Positions 50,001-61,570 of a stretch of DNA of 64,000 bases are shown here, piece after piece; position 1 is the stretch's first letter, and each line of letters opens with the position of its first letter. Origin of the DNA: Camelus ferus (lineage: Eukaryota); contig NC_045697.1 in the NCBI RefSeq assembly GCF_009834535.1, positions 1,614,001 to 1,678,000 on the forward strand, written 5' to 3'. The notes under the pieces are model-generated. The model searched no databases. It had not been told where the DNA came from and saw only the letters and a program-made list of their open reading frames with translations. The position numbers were made by a program, and so were the translations under genes.

Positions 50001-53000
50001 GGACCCCTCCTGGGTGCTGGGCCCGGGCTGGCTGTGGGGGAGGGCACGGGGCCAGGTGAGGCAGCAGGCACCGTCTTGGCCTGCCGGTGGGCAGTACCCA
50101 AGAATGGTGTAGGAGGTGCCATTGGGGGCACCAAAGGTGGGGCCTTCTTGGGGTGGGAGCAGGAGGGGCAGGAGGGGCCAGGCCAAGGGGTCCGGCTGTG
50201 TGCTGGCGTGGAGGCTCCGAAGGGGAGGCTGCGAGAAAGCAGAAGGGGCCAGAGAGGTCGGGCTGTGGGCGGGGGAGGGTTTTAAGCAAGGGCTGTTTTC
50301 TTTTCAAAGCTCACCCTGGGGTCTGGAGACCACACCCCGCCGCACAGACGCACAAGCCCCATCCCCCGTGGCGGTGGCTGTGTGGAGGCTTGCTTCAAAG
50401 GCTTGGGCGAATGGGACCTGCAGGAGGGCTAGGTGTGCGGTGGGGGCGGGGGGCAGGCGCCCAGGGTGAAGTTGGTGATCTGCACTGAGGGGCCGCCCGG
50501 GCTGGGGAAGGCAGACCCGGTGAGGCTGGGCTGTACCAGGCTCTGGTAGTTCCGACTCTGTCCCCTCCCCAGTCCTCTTTGCTGCCTTTTCCAGCTGACA
50601 GTCGTGTGACCCCATGGCTGTCTCCCTGGGGAGGGGGAGGGTGTCTCTGGAGTGTTCACTGAGCTGTGTCCCCTCTGCCACCCAGTACAGGCCTGCCCCA
50701 GGCCCGTGGCAGGTCCCCGGCTGGGAGGAGGCCTTAAGGGCTGGCACTCAGGAACTTGGTCCCTGGCTCTGCTGATCAGAAGCCGCCTTGCCTCTGGGGA
50801 CCTCAGTTAGGCAGACAGTTAGACGAGAGCATTCGCCTTGTCCATGATGGGCCTGCGGGGCAGACGGCAGGGCCAGGCGGGTGCTCTGCCTGCCCGTGGG
50901 GATCTGGTGAAGCCCCCTAAGGCTGCTGTGTCAGGGGTGGGGTGCAGGGAGGTTGAGCAGAGGGAGAGGCCCTGACTAGAGCCGCCCACCCCTCTGAGGA
51001 AGGGCCGGCCTGGATGAGCCTCCAGAGACCCCCGCCTCCAGCCCCGCACTGGGCTCTGGGGACCCCTGAGGGCACCCCTCCCTGGCCTGACTGTGGGGCA
51101 TCAGGGTGTCTTGGGGAGACCTGAGTTTGCGGAGTGGTCAGGGAGGGTGTGCGAGCCGTCTGTCAGTGGTCGGGCACCAGCGGGTTGAGGGCCTTGAACC
51201 CGAGACTGAGCACAGTCGCCTTTGAGAGTTGCCTCCCTGCTGTGGCTGGGAGCAGGGCTCAGAGTCGGAGGGTGGGGTGTAGGAGGGTGGGTGTGGGGTG
51301 CAGGATCCCACAGGACCATTGGCCTTGGAAGAGGGACCGTGTGCCCAGTCGCAGAGTGGCAGGATGGATACCCCTCCTGTCCTGCCCCCGCTCTCTCCTG
51401 TCTCCTGCCCCATCTGTGAAGGCGGCCCGGAGGCTCAGGGGAGGCTAAGGCTGGGCCCCTTTCCTGCACCAACCTGGGCCCACTGCCAGACACTTCTCCT
51501 CACTGGGCCTCTGAACAATGGGGCAGTGTGAGGGCGCCTGGGAATGGTGGGGTCAGCCCAGCCCCCTGTGGGCCCCTGCCGAGGGGCTCGGACAGGAGCC
51601 AGCGGCCGTGAGTCATCGGTCCAGCGCCCGCTTGGGGTTCCCAGGCCAAGGAGGAACAGCTGCTCTCAGTTCCCCAGCTCTGGGGGCTGGCCTGGGGCTC
51701 CTTCCCTCTTTTGCCCTCCGTCTGCGCCTCTTCCTGCCTCTGGCTCTCTCCCTGGCTCTCTCCCTGCTGGGCCTGTCTGCCTCCCTGCCTCTGTCCAGCC
51801 AGAGACCTGGGCCTGGGAATGGCCGCGGCCTGCTCCCTGGGGCCCCTGCCCACAGCAGCCAGGCAGAAGGGCTGGCTGTCACATTGTGACCCCTCTCCCA
51901 GCCGGCGGGGGACCCCAGGAGGTAGCCGGTGAGAGAGCAAGACCCACCCCAGACAAGAGACCTCCGGAGGCCAACCTAAAGTTTACTAAGAAACGGAAGA
52001 TGACCAAAAGCGAAAGACAATGCAATAAAATTAAAAACTCAGAGGCTGAAAATTACTCGACAGCATTAAAGAAAAACAAAATTGAAAACAGCTCAAAAGT
52101 GCTCAAAAATATTAACATTAGAGACAAAAGGACAAAAATAAATGGATTAAAACTGAAGACCAACCAAACCCTAAAATGCTGAAGTGAGAGGAAGGAGGGA
52201 AGGGCCTTATGACAGGGATGTGGCCATGATGGATTGCAGCCTGTGGCAGGGTGGGCAGGACAGATAGTTCTTGGGAAAGTGAGTGGCCCAGGGACCCCCA
52301 GAGGTATATGGAGGCCTAGATGGGGGCCATACCTCGTGTCCCTGGGCCCTGGTGCCCTTTGCCCTGACCTGGGAACTCTGACCTGGTGAAATGCTGTGAG
52401 GTACCCCGGAGCTTTGTGGTGGTTAAAGGGAGGCCACTGAGGCACAAAAGATCCTAAAGAGATGAGTAATGGAACAGATGCTGCTGGGTCCCAGGCCGGT
52501 GTCCCTGGCGGCCTACCCTGCGATGCCCCGCAGGTGGTTGCCAGTGTGGTGGACTCATACAGCAAGTGCCCCTGCGGTGTGCCAGCATCAGGTCTGAGTC
52601 CCATCCACACTCAGCTGGACACGTGGCCCTGACAAGTGGTTCTGGACCGGACCTGCCTTTGTCCCTCCTGTCTGAAAGTGTGCACCTCTTCCCACCCCAG
52701 CCCAACCCCAGGCCCTTTGCATAAGCTCTTTCCTATCCAAGACACTTTCCGTGGCATCTCCTGCTTGGCTACTGCATGTCGATGCTAGCTGATGTGTCAC
52801 TGTGTCTGGGTGGGTGGGTTGTCACAAGGGTGTGAGTCAGAGGTGGCTGCCTCTCCAGCGGATTAGGAGCCCCAGACAGAGGGCGAGGCCAACTTGGATC
52901 CCCAGGGCTGAAGGGTGCAGTGTTTGCCTGCAGGTGGCAATGCCCTGACTGTCTTCCTTTGCCCCAGTACCAGGGAACCAGCAGTGGCGAGCGGGGCTCA

Positions 53001-56000
53001 GAATGGGGGCTTGTGGCCGGAAGAGTCTCCTGACAAGGCCCCCTGGGCGCTGGAGATAAGTGTAAAACAGAGGCAGACCCTGAATTCATGAGGATAGGCT
53101 GGCATGTGCCTGTTCCTGCACTCGGTATGTCCCACCCCTTGTGCCCCAGCCTCTGCCCAGAACCCAGGGGCCCTCCTCCCACTGCCCTCTGGTCTGGTGG
53201 GTTTTCTGCCAGGTGAGAGCCAGCATCCTTCCAGAGAGGAGGTCCTGGGGCTCCTTCTCCTCCTTACGCCCCCTCAGAGCCAGGTGTGGCCAGAATGCCA
53301 GGCTGCATGGTGTGGATGAGGAGGCCCTGGCTCTGGACCACACAGGCAGTGCTGGCAAGGTGGCCATGGCTGCAGCCCATCAGCCTCGACTTCTTCGTCA
53401 GGAGAGCAGGAGACTGGGCAGTTGGGGACTGAGTGGGCCACGGAGTGGACTCCTTGGCCCTGGGTGGACATTCCTGGAGGGTGCTCCCTGCCCTTGGCTT
53501 GGCCCTCCTTTCCCAAGAGGTGGGCTGCAGGCAGGAAAGCACCCCCCGCCTTCGTGACCCCCCCCCATCTTGGCTTTAGCAGGTGGGGAGTCTGTCCCCA
53601 CAGGTTGTGCATGTGACATCAGTGTCCCTAGGAGGGTCTGGCTGGTGGTATAGCCCGTGCTTCTGAGGCCTGGGCTGGTGGCAGAGACCAGGCCCTTTGC
53701 TGAGGGCAGGACCAGGCTCTGTGTGGTGGGGAGGGAGGCCTGGCACCCAGCACCAGAACCACCTCTGGGGCCTTCTGCAGCCCAGCAGGGTGGGGCTCAG
53801 CGAGCGTGAGCAGAGGAAGCCAGGGTGGCGTGACCCAAGGAGCGGACACAATGGTGACTGGGAAGGGGGTGGAGCAGGCTGGATTCGGGGAAGTCCTGCT
53901 TTCTGAGGGTTCCTGTCTGCCCAGGGTCAGCCTGATGCTGCCCCTCTCTGGGCGTCCTGACAAAGGTACTTAGTGGATTCTCCCAAGCACACCCCTTGGA
54001 CCTCAGAAGCAGTGTCAGGCAGCCTGGTCTGCCTGGGGCCTGGTCCACCTGCTGTGAGGTGTGAGGGTGCATTGTCCGGGCCCTACACCTGCTCTGCCAG
54101 TGGTGACTACTGGCCTTGCTTTGTGGACAAGGATGCCTGAGGCTGGAAGAAGTCAAGTGCCTGGCCAAGGTCATTCCGGGGATGTCCAGGCCTTGCTCCG
54201 TGGACAGCAGAGCCCCTGCACTAGGCATCTCTCATTGCAGCCAAGGGTCCCCCAGGGATGGAGAAGTGGGGATGCTTGGGGCAAGATGAATGGTTTAATT
54301 CAGTAAATGAGCTCCAGGATTGGACCCCATGCAGAGTAAGGAGTGCCCACCAATGGGGTGGGATCTGCACCCCACTAGCTCATGCTATGGGGGTATCAGT
54401 GCTGTTTCATGCTGGGTCCACTCTGGGGATACCGAGGGGGCAGACACAAGGAATGACTGTCCCCCAGAGCTATGTCAAGAGAGGGGCGGACAGTCAACAG
54501 ACTGAAAATGCTGCAGTCAGTGTGCAGGGGGGCGTGAGCGGGGCGAAGCGGCTCCTAGGAGCTGGGAGAGGGGTCCTGCACGTGGGCAGAACCTGTGCAG
54601 GAGAAGGGACGGGGCTGTGTGTGCGCCTAGTGGGTGTGGATGTGGGGCCGAGGAGGTGGCAGTGGGGCCAAGGAGAAGGGAAATGGCTCTGGGCTGAGCC
54701 AGCCACCGGGACAAATGTGTCTGTCACCTTTGGGTGGAATTTCTAACCCTGGGAATGTGACTCAGTGCGGGGCCAATGGTGGGCAGGGAGGCTGGGTGCT
54801 TGGGGGTCCAGACCCGCAAGGGCAGGGTGGAAAGGAGTTGCCTGGCTCCCAGCAGGAGCGGTTCAGGAGAGCGTTCTCCCTTCCTGACACGACCATGATG
54901 TTGGTGTGGCCAACTGAACCCCTGGGGTAGCCCCGCCCAGCCGTGCCAGGTGGTGCTCAGGATAGCCCCACGGTTCACCTGAGGAAACGGGCTCAGAGCA
55001 GGCCACAAGGTTAGGACTGAACCCAGCCTGTCCCCAGGGAAGCCTGTGCTCTAACCACAGTGCCATCCTGCCCCCCAAGGTCCTGTGGGTGGAGCAGCCC
55101 TCGCGGTGGACAGGAGCATCTGAAGGGAAGCGCCTCTCGGGGGCAGGGCCTGTGCCCCGTGCGGGGTGCCCACGCTGGCTGCGTGCGTGGCCGTGAGCCT
55201 CTTCCGGCCAGGCGGCGGGTGGGGAGGGGCTGGCAAGTGGGGCGGGCTGCAGCCGTGGGCGAGGGGCCAGGAACGTGGGGGTGGGCCCGGCCACACGTCA
55301 GCACTCTGGAGAGTTTCTTTCTCAAGCAATTAAAAGGTGGAAACTTGTCAGAGTCATGATGACTGAAGTGTGAATCCTGAAACGCCTCTGCTGGCTTGTG
55401 GTTTGAGGCAAGAGTGGAGCCGGGGAGTGACGCTGCCAACCTGCCCCTCCCCCGAACCCACTGCCCGCACCACCGCCTGCTATGGACCCTGGGCCTGATG
55501 GTGGACCTGGGCCCGGAGGCCCTGCCAGCCAGCCTCCGCCCACCGACGGGCTGCTCCTCAGGCCCAGGAACCCTGCCCAGGGCTCTGCTGAGTGCCCCCT
55601 GCACCTGGACTCTCGGAGGGCCCCCAGCCCCGCTCCCTGTGCTGAGCCAGCCCTCAGCCCTGGCCCTTGAGAAATGCTGCCCAGTTTGGGAACGATGGCT
55701 CCAGGCAGGACACCAGGCCTAGAGAGGAGGCCTGGGTGGGCTCTGGGGCTGAGCGGGCTTTATGAGTCCTCAGTGGAGGCAGAGCTTAAGGGCCAAGGGT
55801 CCCAGAGTAGAGATCACACCCCGCCTCCATTTGGCCCTCGCCAGGCTCCACGTGGACAGCTGTCCATGCCAGCCTCTTCTGCATATCCCCTAGCCCCTTG
55901 GCCCTCGACAGGAGTGGCGGGGCTGCCTCTCGCCTCCACCCTGGGCAGCCCTGAGAAGCCCTGGGGGCCTCCTAGACCCCAGCATACCGCTGAATTCTGG

Positions 56001-56919
56001 GGATGCTGGCCTGTTCTCTGTTTTTTCTTGTTGTTGTTTGTTTGTTTCCTGTTCTGTCTTTTGCAATGAGCAGATTCGAATGCTCACCCGGTGCACGGCA
56101 GCTTGTCTTAACAAGCAGAGGTCCTGGGGCAATGGGACTTTGCTGCAGCCACTGGACATTTGTTTTCATTGGGGGTCAGATTAGCTCCAGGTCACTGTTC
56201 TCTCTGGCTCTAAGGGACGGTCCAGGCATGTGCTGGTTATAGCCATATCAGGGGTGTAGCCGTGTGCGTAGACATGACCCTGAACCCATCCGTCCTGCCA
56301 TCCATCTGTCTCTCTGCCCCTGCTGTGGGCCAGCCACTGACCTGGGCTGTGGGGACTCAGTGGGACCCAGACCCATGGGGAGTGCTGGGGGACAAATGTG
56401 ACACTCTGGTGGACAAGGCTGAGCTATTGACTTGGAGAATTCAGAGAATGCAGTGAGGTTCTAGATGGTTCTGTTCTCAAAGGACGAGCAAGCATTTGTT
56501 GGAGAATAGAGCTCTAGGTAGAGGAGACTGCCTGCACTGGGAATGGGGCACGGTGGTCCTGTGTGACAGGCCCCGGGCCCAGGGCCCAGGGCAGCAGCAG
56601 GAGCCAGACCCCATCCACGGTGGTGGAAATGGCCTGATGGAGCCAAGGAAGGGCTGGCCAGGGGGGCGTGAACTAGAGGCCAGGAGGTGGGTCCAGCAAG
56701 TCTGGTGGGTGTGGGCTGGGCACGGCCTCAGAGCCCGTGCAGGGAGGGGTGGGAGGTGATGGGCCAGGCCTGCAGGAGGCTCCTGGCTCCGATTTGCCCC
56801 ATCCAGCTGGATGCCCACGGAGGGGCACTGCACACAGAGACAGCGTCACCCTCTAGGGTTTCAGATTAACCAGGGCCTGCACTTCGAACAGGGAAAGGAC
56901 TTCGGGCAGAGCCCGTGTC

Positions 56920-57680
56920 AAGTACTTTCCCATGGCTGCCCTAGCAAAGTACCTCACGCTGGGGGCTGGGAAAAACAGAAATGTCTTCTCACAGCCCTGG
57001 AGGCCAGAATTCAAAATCAAGGTGCCAGCAGGGCCGCGCTCCCTCGGGAGGCTCCGGGGGAGACTCCCTCCTCCGCCGCCGCCTCTTCCAGCTTCAGTGG
57101 CTGCCCGCAGTCCACAGCTTCCTCGGTGTCTTCACAGCGCCTTCTCCTCGGTGTCTCCTCTCTTTTTATTTTTTAGTTTAAGGTATGCAGTTTGGTGGTC
57201 TAATCTGCATCTATTGTGAAGTGGTTACCACAACGGGTTCAGCTAACATCCTTCTTCTCATAGATGCAATAAAAAGAAAACAAAAAAGAGAAAAAGAAAT
57301 TTTCCCTGCGATGAGACCTCTTAGGATTTACTCCCTTAACAACTTTCCTGTAAACCACACAGCCGTGTTCGCTGTAGTCTCTGTGTTGTTCATGACCCCC
57401 CCAGGACTCTGGAACTGTGTACCTTTTGACCACCTGCCCCCCTCCCCCTCCTTCACCCTCTGCACCTGGTAATCACAGTCTGATTTCCTTTTCTATGAGG
57501 GCTTTTTTTTTGTCTCTTACAAGGATGCTTGTTGTTAGATTTAGGGCCCATTTGGCTAATCCAGGATGAGCTCCTTAATTACATATGCAAAGATCCTTTT
57601 TCCAAATAAGGTCCTGACTATAGTTCCCCAGGACCAGGACTTGGACATGTGTCTCTAAGGGCCCCATTCAGCCCACTCTC
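56920..57680 (-). mobile_element. MaLR LTR (MLT1C-like) interrupted by an antisense L1 3'UTR fragment (~57162-57511)
   Basis: MLT1 halves 'aacagaaatgtcttctcacagccctggaggccagaattcaaaatcaaggtg' and 'gatttagggccc...taatccaggatga...tgcaaagatcctttttccaaataaggtc' flank L1-like 'tgagacctcttaggatttactc...aacaactttc'. Confidence 0.75.
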
Positions 57681-59060
57681 CTTACTGGGTGACGCTGGGC
57701 AAGACCCTGCTCTCTGGGCCACCCACTCCCTCTGCCCAGCTGGATGGTGCCCAGGACCAAGTTCCTGGGATTCCTCCAGCCCTGAGCTGGAAGGCAGGTG
57801 ACCGGGGAGTGAGGCTCAGAGAGGGGAGGGGCTCACGACCTGGGAGGATGGGGGCTGAGGAGGCGGGTCCACTACTGGCTGTGGATGGCCCTGGGTCCTT
57901 TGCAAGGGACCTTGAGGTTTTCACCAGTGGGGCTTCCAGTCACCCGGCCCTGGGTGACAGCGGGTTCCTGTCCTCATGCCTGTTTCCTGGCCATCCACCC
58001 AGCCAGCGCTCTCTCTGACCCCAGGGTCCTCATGGTCAGCGCAGATGAGCAGGCTGTGAGTGCCACGGAGGGGGGCAGGCTCCATAGGTGCTGCGGAGGT
58101 GGTGCCCTGCGGGGCACTGGCCTCCCTCCAGAGCAGGCTGAGCATCCCAGGAACCCAGAAGTTTCTCCCTCTCTCTTTTTCAGGCCGACTCCTGGCTCCC
58201 ACCCACCCTGCTGACTGGGTCCCACCCACCCTGGTAAGTGCCCTGCGTCTGGCATGGTGGGTGGTCCCCAGACTGGAGCTTTGAGTCCTCAGGGCTGGGG
58301 GAGGAGCTGCAGCTTGGGGAGGTGGGGATGGAAGACCAGAGCGGCCCAGTATGGGGACCCTAGCCCCGCCTATCTTGTGGCTTGGATACCAGTGTGGGGT
58401 CACCTCCAGGGTTATTTCTAGCATTGTGTGAAAGGTCGTGGAGCTCCCACTATTAGAGGAGGGGGCGCTGAGCGCCCTCGGTTTCAGGAATATGAAGGGC
58501 AGCATTATTTGCTGCAGGGATGACCTGCTGCCTCTGGTGATGGGAGGGTACACAGAGAAACTGAGGCCCAGAGTGGAAGGGCCTGCGGAGGTCACAAAGC
58601 AGCCCAGGAATCCTGACCTTAGCCTCCCAGAGGGATACAAGGGTTGGGGAAGTGGCCAACATGGGTCTGACTTCCATGGAGACCCCTGCTCCTCTGCTGG
58701 GGGCTGTGACTCCCCCTGCGGCATCCGGGTGCAAAGCCAGGGCTCTAGCGGGTGTGGCCCTCTGCCCGCCCCCACCCGGCTGTGGTCATGTGACTGGGGG
58801 CTCTCTAGGGCAAGGGCTGGGGAGGCTCTGGCTCCTGCCTCCACCCCAGGCCTCCTCATCCACCCTTCCATCTGTCCAGTGTGGGTGGGCGTCCCAGAGA
58901 GACTGCATCTGAGGGGGCCCGGGCAGGGGCCAGGGAGTGGCAGAAGTGTGCTTAGCCACGTGGGTCATAAGTGCTTTCTAGCAAGCCAGGTGTTCTCAGA
59001 GCCAGTAGAGTGGTGGTGCCTGGAGGTGTGCAAGCCCCGCTCTGTCACAGAGCCTGCGGT

Positions 59061-59079
59061 GGGGGGGGGGGGGGGGGGG
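59061..59079. repeat. Poly-G tract (G19)
   Basis: Read directly. Confidence 0.95.
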
Positions 59080-59799
59080 AGGGTGACGGGGAAACACCTG
59101 GCCCAGGCTCGGAACCGGTCCCTTGGTCCCTTGGTGTCAAAGGGCAGAGAGGTGGCCACTTGAAACCCAAAGGCTTCTGGTGCAAGAGGCACAGCCCCTC
59201 TGTGTCCTCAGAGGACAGAGCAGGGCAGCAGGGTCCATGTCGGTGGCCAGAGCTCCTGGGGAGGTGGCGAGCTCCCAGTGTGTGTCAGTGCCGGCTTCTT
59301 GTGGGGTGTCTCTTGTGCCAGAGAAGCTGGGCCTGACACCCTGGGATTTGGGGCTCTGATGATTTGCTGGGAAGAAGCCAAATATGCAGAGGTGGCCCTG
59401 GGGGGGACTGGCGGGGAGCTTCTTCCCAGGGGACACAGCTGGTGTTGCCCTGGGGCCTGGAGAGCTGTGGTCTCTGACCACAGAGGGGGACGGCTAAAAC
59501 CCAGCAGGCCAAACGGCACCATCTGGGCACAGCGCTGGGCCTTGGATGGGCCTCAGGCCCTCGAGGGTGGAAGGCAGGAAGTGCTGGCTACCCGGGGCTG
59601 CCCAGGGACCCGGCAACAGGAAGTCCTGGGCGGGGAGGAAGCCCTGGAGGCCACAGGCCCCAGATGCAGCGGGCGGCTGTCAGGAGGAGGGATCATCGGG
59701 TGCAACCAGCCGGACAGCACTTTGGGCAGCGCGGAGGCATCAGGCCTCACCCGCCTGGGGGATGCAGGCTGAATCTCCGCCGCATGGCCCCTGAGCCAC

Positions 59800-59882
59800 A
59801 TGGCCTTCCTGGGTCCCGGGACACCTGCCCTCAACCCGTCGCCAGGCAGGAAGAGAGCCATGTGCAGGGTCAGTGCCACAAG
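59800..59882 (+). CDS. SH3BP2: SH3 domain-binding protein 2, alternative coding first exon (N-terminal extension MAFLGPGTPALNPSPGRKRAMCRVSAT-)
   Basis: Resembles the N-terminal extension of a long human SH3BP2 isoform as I recall it (MASLGPRTPAPSRSRGRRAMCWVSTISF-). Phase-2 donor AAG|GTCAGT at 59882/59883. Common coding exons lie right of the window. Confidence 0.8.
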
Positions 59883-60972
59883 GTCAGTGGGGTGCCCTTG
59901 GGACTGGGGGTTCGGGGGCTGGGGCCAGCCCAGTGTCTGTAGAACCACTCGGGGTGGCCCCGCATGGGGGCCAGGGCCCTCATCAGGGCCTGCGTGGGGC
60001 TCCCAGGACGCTGGCCCTGGGCCCTTGCAAGGAGAGCCCTGGGAGCGAGACACGGCACGTGGGCTCCCAGAGAGGGAGCCACTGCTGGGGCACCCCTGCC
60101 CCACGTCAGGTGCCGCCCAGCCTGCAGCAGGCAGGAGGGGGGAGGGCCTGGTCCAGGTAAGCCTTCCCACCGTACATACACCCTGCCAAGGTCGCCTTGG
60201 CGTTTGGGTCCGGCATTGTGTGTGAGTGTGTGTGTGTGTGTGTTGTAAGTATGATGGCGTGAGAGTGTGTGTGACTGTGAGAGTGTGCAGTGTGCCTGCA
60301 CTTGGGGGACAGAGCTGTGTCAGCTCCCTGCTGCCTGCCAGCCCCTGAGAGTGCCCTGCCTGGGGGCCTGGCAGGGAGCTGAAGAGCCCCAGGGTCTCAG
60401 GGACCCCAGCCCAGGTCATGCCTCCCTCCCTCCAGCATGGCTGGCCTCCAGAGATTTTTGGTTTTCATTCTTTTATCAAGAAAGTTTCTGGGAAGAGGAA
60501 GGGGGAGGAGAAACTGAAAGGGGAGACGGAATGAGCTGGGGTGAGAGCTGCGGTCCCACGCCACGCCACGCCACCTAGCGGCCACCCACAGTCCAGGCAG
60601 GGATGAGTGCTCCCCCATTCACTGGCTGTGTTCCTTTTGAATTATTCAGCTTCTCTGACCCTTGGTGTCTTCCTCTGTGACTCGGGGATGATGCTGGTCC
60701 ACACCTCAGGGGGCATTGGGGTGATGACGTGGGGTGAGCCCTGAGAAGCACAGAGCCTGGCCCATGGTGAGTGCCCTCTCCTGGCCTCAGTATCCTAGTC
60801 TGTAAAATGGGAGTCAAGCCCCACCAATTGGCTTTAACAAGCCATCTGGGTGCACCTGGCACTGGGCCAGGGCAGGGCTGTGGGGCAGTGATGATGATTC
60901 TGACTTGTGCCCAAGCTGCTTGTCCAGGGCACTGGGGCCACTCATGAAGGGTCTTGTTAGCTGCTGGAGGCT

Positions 60973-61570
60973 ATGTGTGTGAATACACTTGTGAGTGGTG
61001 TGTATGTAGGAGTGCAAATGTGCACATACATGTGTGAGTACATATGAGTGCAAGCAGGTGTGTGTGAGGATGTGCACGTGTGTGAATGAGTACCCGTGTA
61101 CGTACGAGTACGTGTGTGTACGTGTGCACGTAAGAGTATATGTGAGTATATGCAGATGGACGTGTATGACCGTGTGTACATGTCTTTGAGCCTGAGTGTG
61201 TAAGTACACAGGTGTGAGTGTGTGAATGGGTGCACTGGGGGACCTGGGACCCCAACCTCATGTCACCCTGCAGCTCCCACAAGTGGGTCAGCCAGGTCAC
61301 TACTGTCAGGAACCCCCTGACACTGTGGTCACACGAGGCGCCAGCTCCTCACCACGGCCAGGGCCGAGTCTGCAGGTGTTGGAGAGCAGAGCCGAGGGGG
61401 CCCTCCCTCCAGGGCCATTGCCAGCTCTCCTGCACAGGCTTATATGGGAGCACACGTGTGCACACTTACTGACGTGCACGCACACTGACGTGCACGCACA
61501 CTGACATACACACGTGTAAGCTCCCGCATCCAGCCGTGCAGCTCACGCACACGTCCTGTGCACACACTGT
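60973..61570. repeat. Low-complexity alternating purine-pyrimidine region: TG-rich (60973-61225) and CA-rich (61450-61570)
   Basis: Read directly; includes a 16-bp tandem unit actgacgtgcacgcac at 61468 and 61484. Confidence 0.85.
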
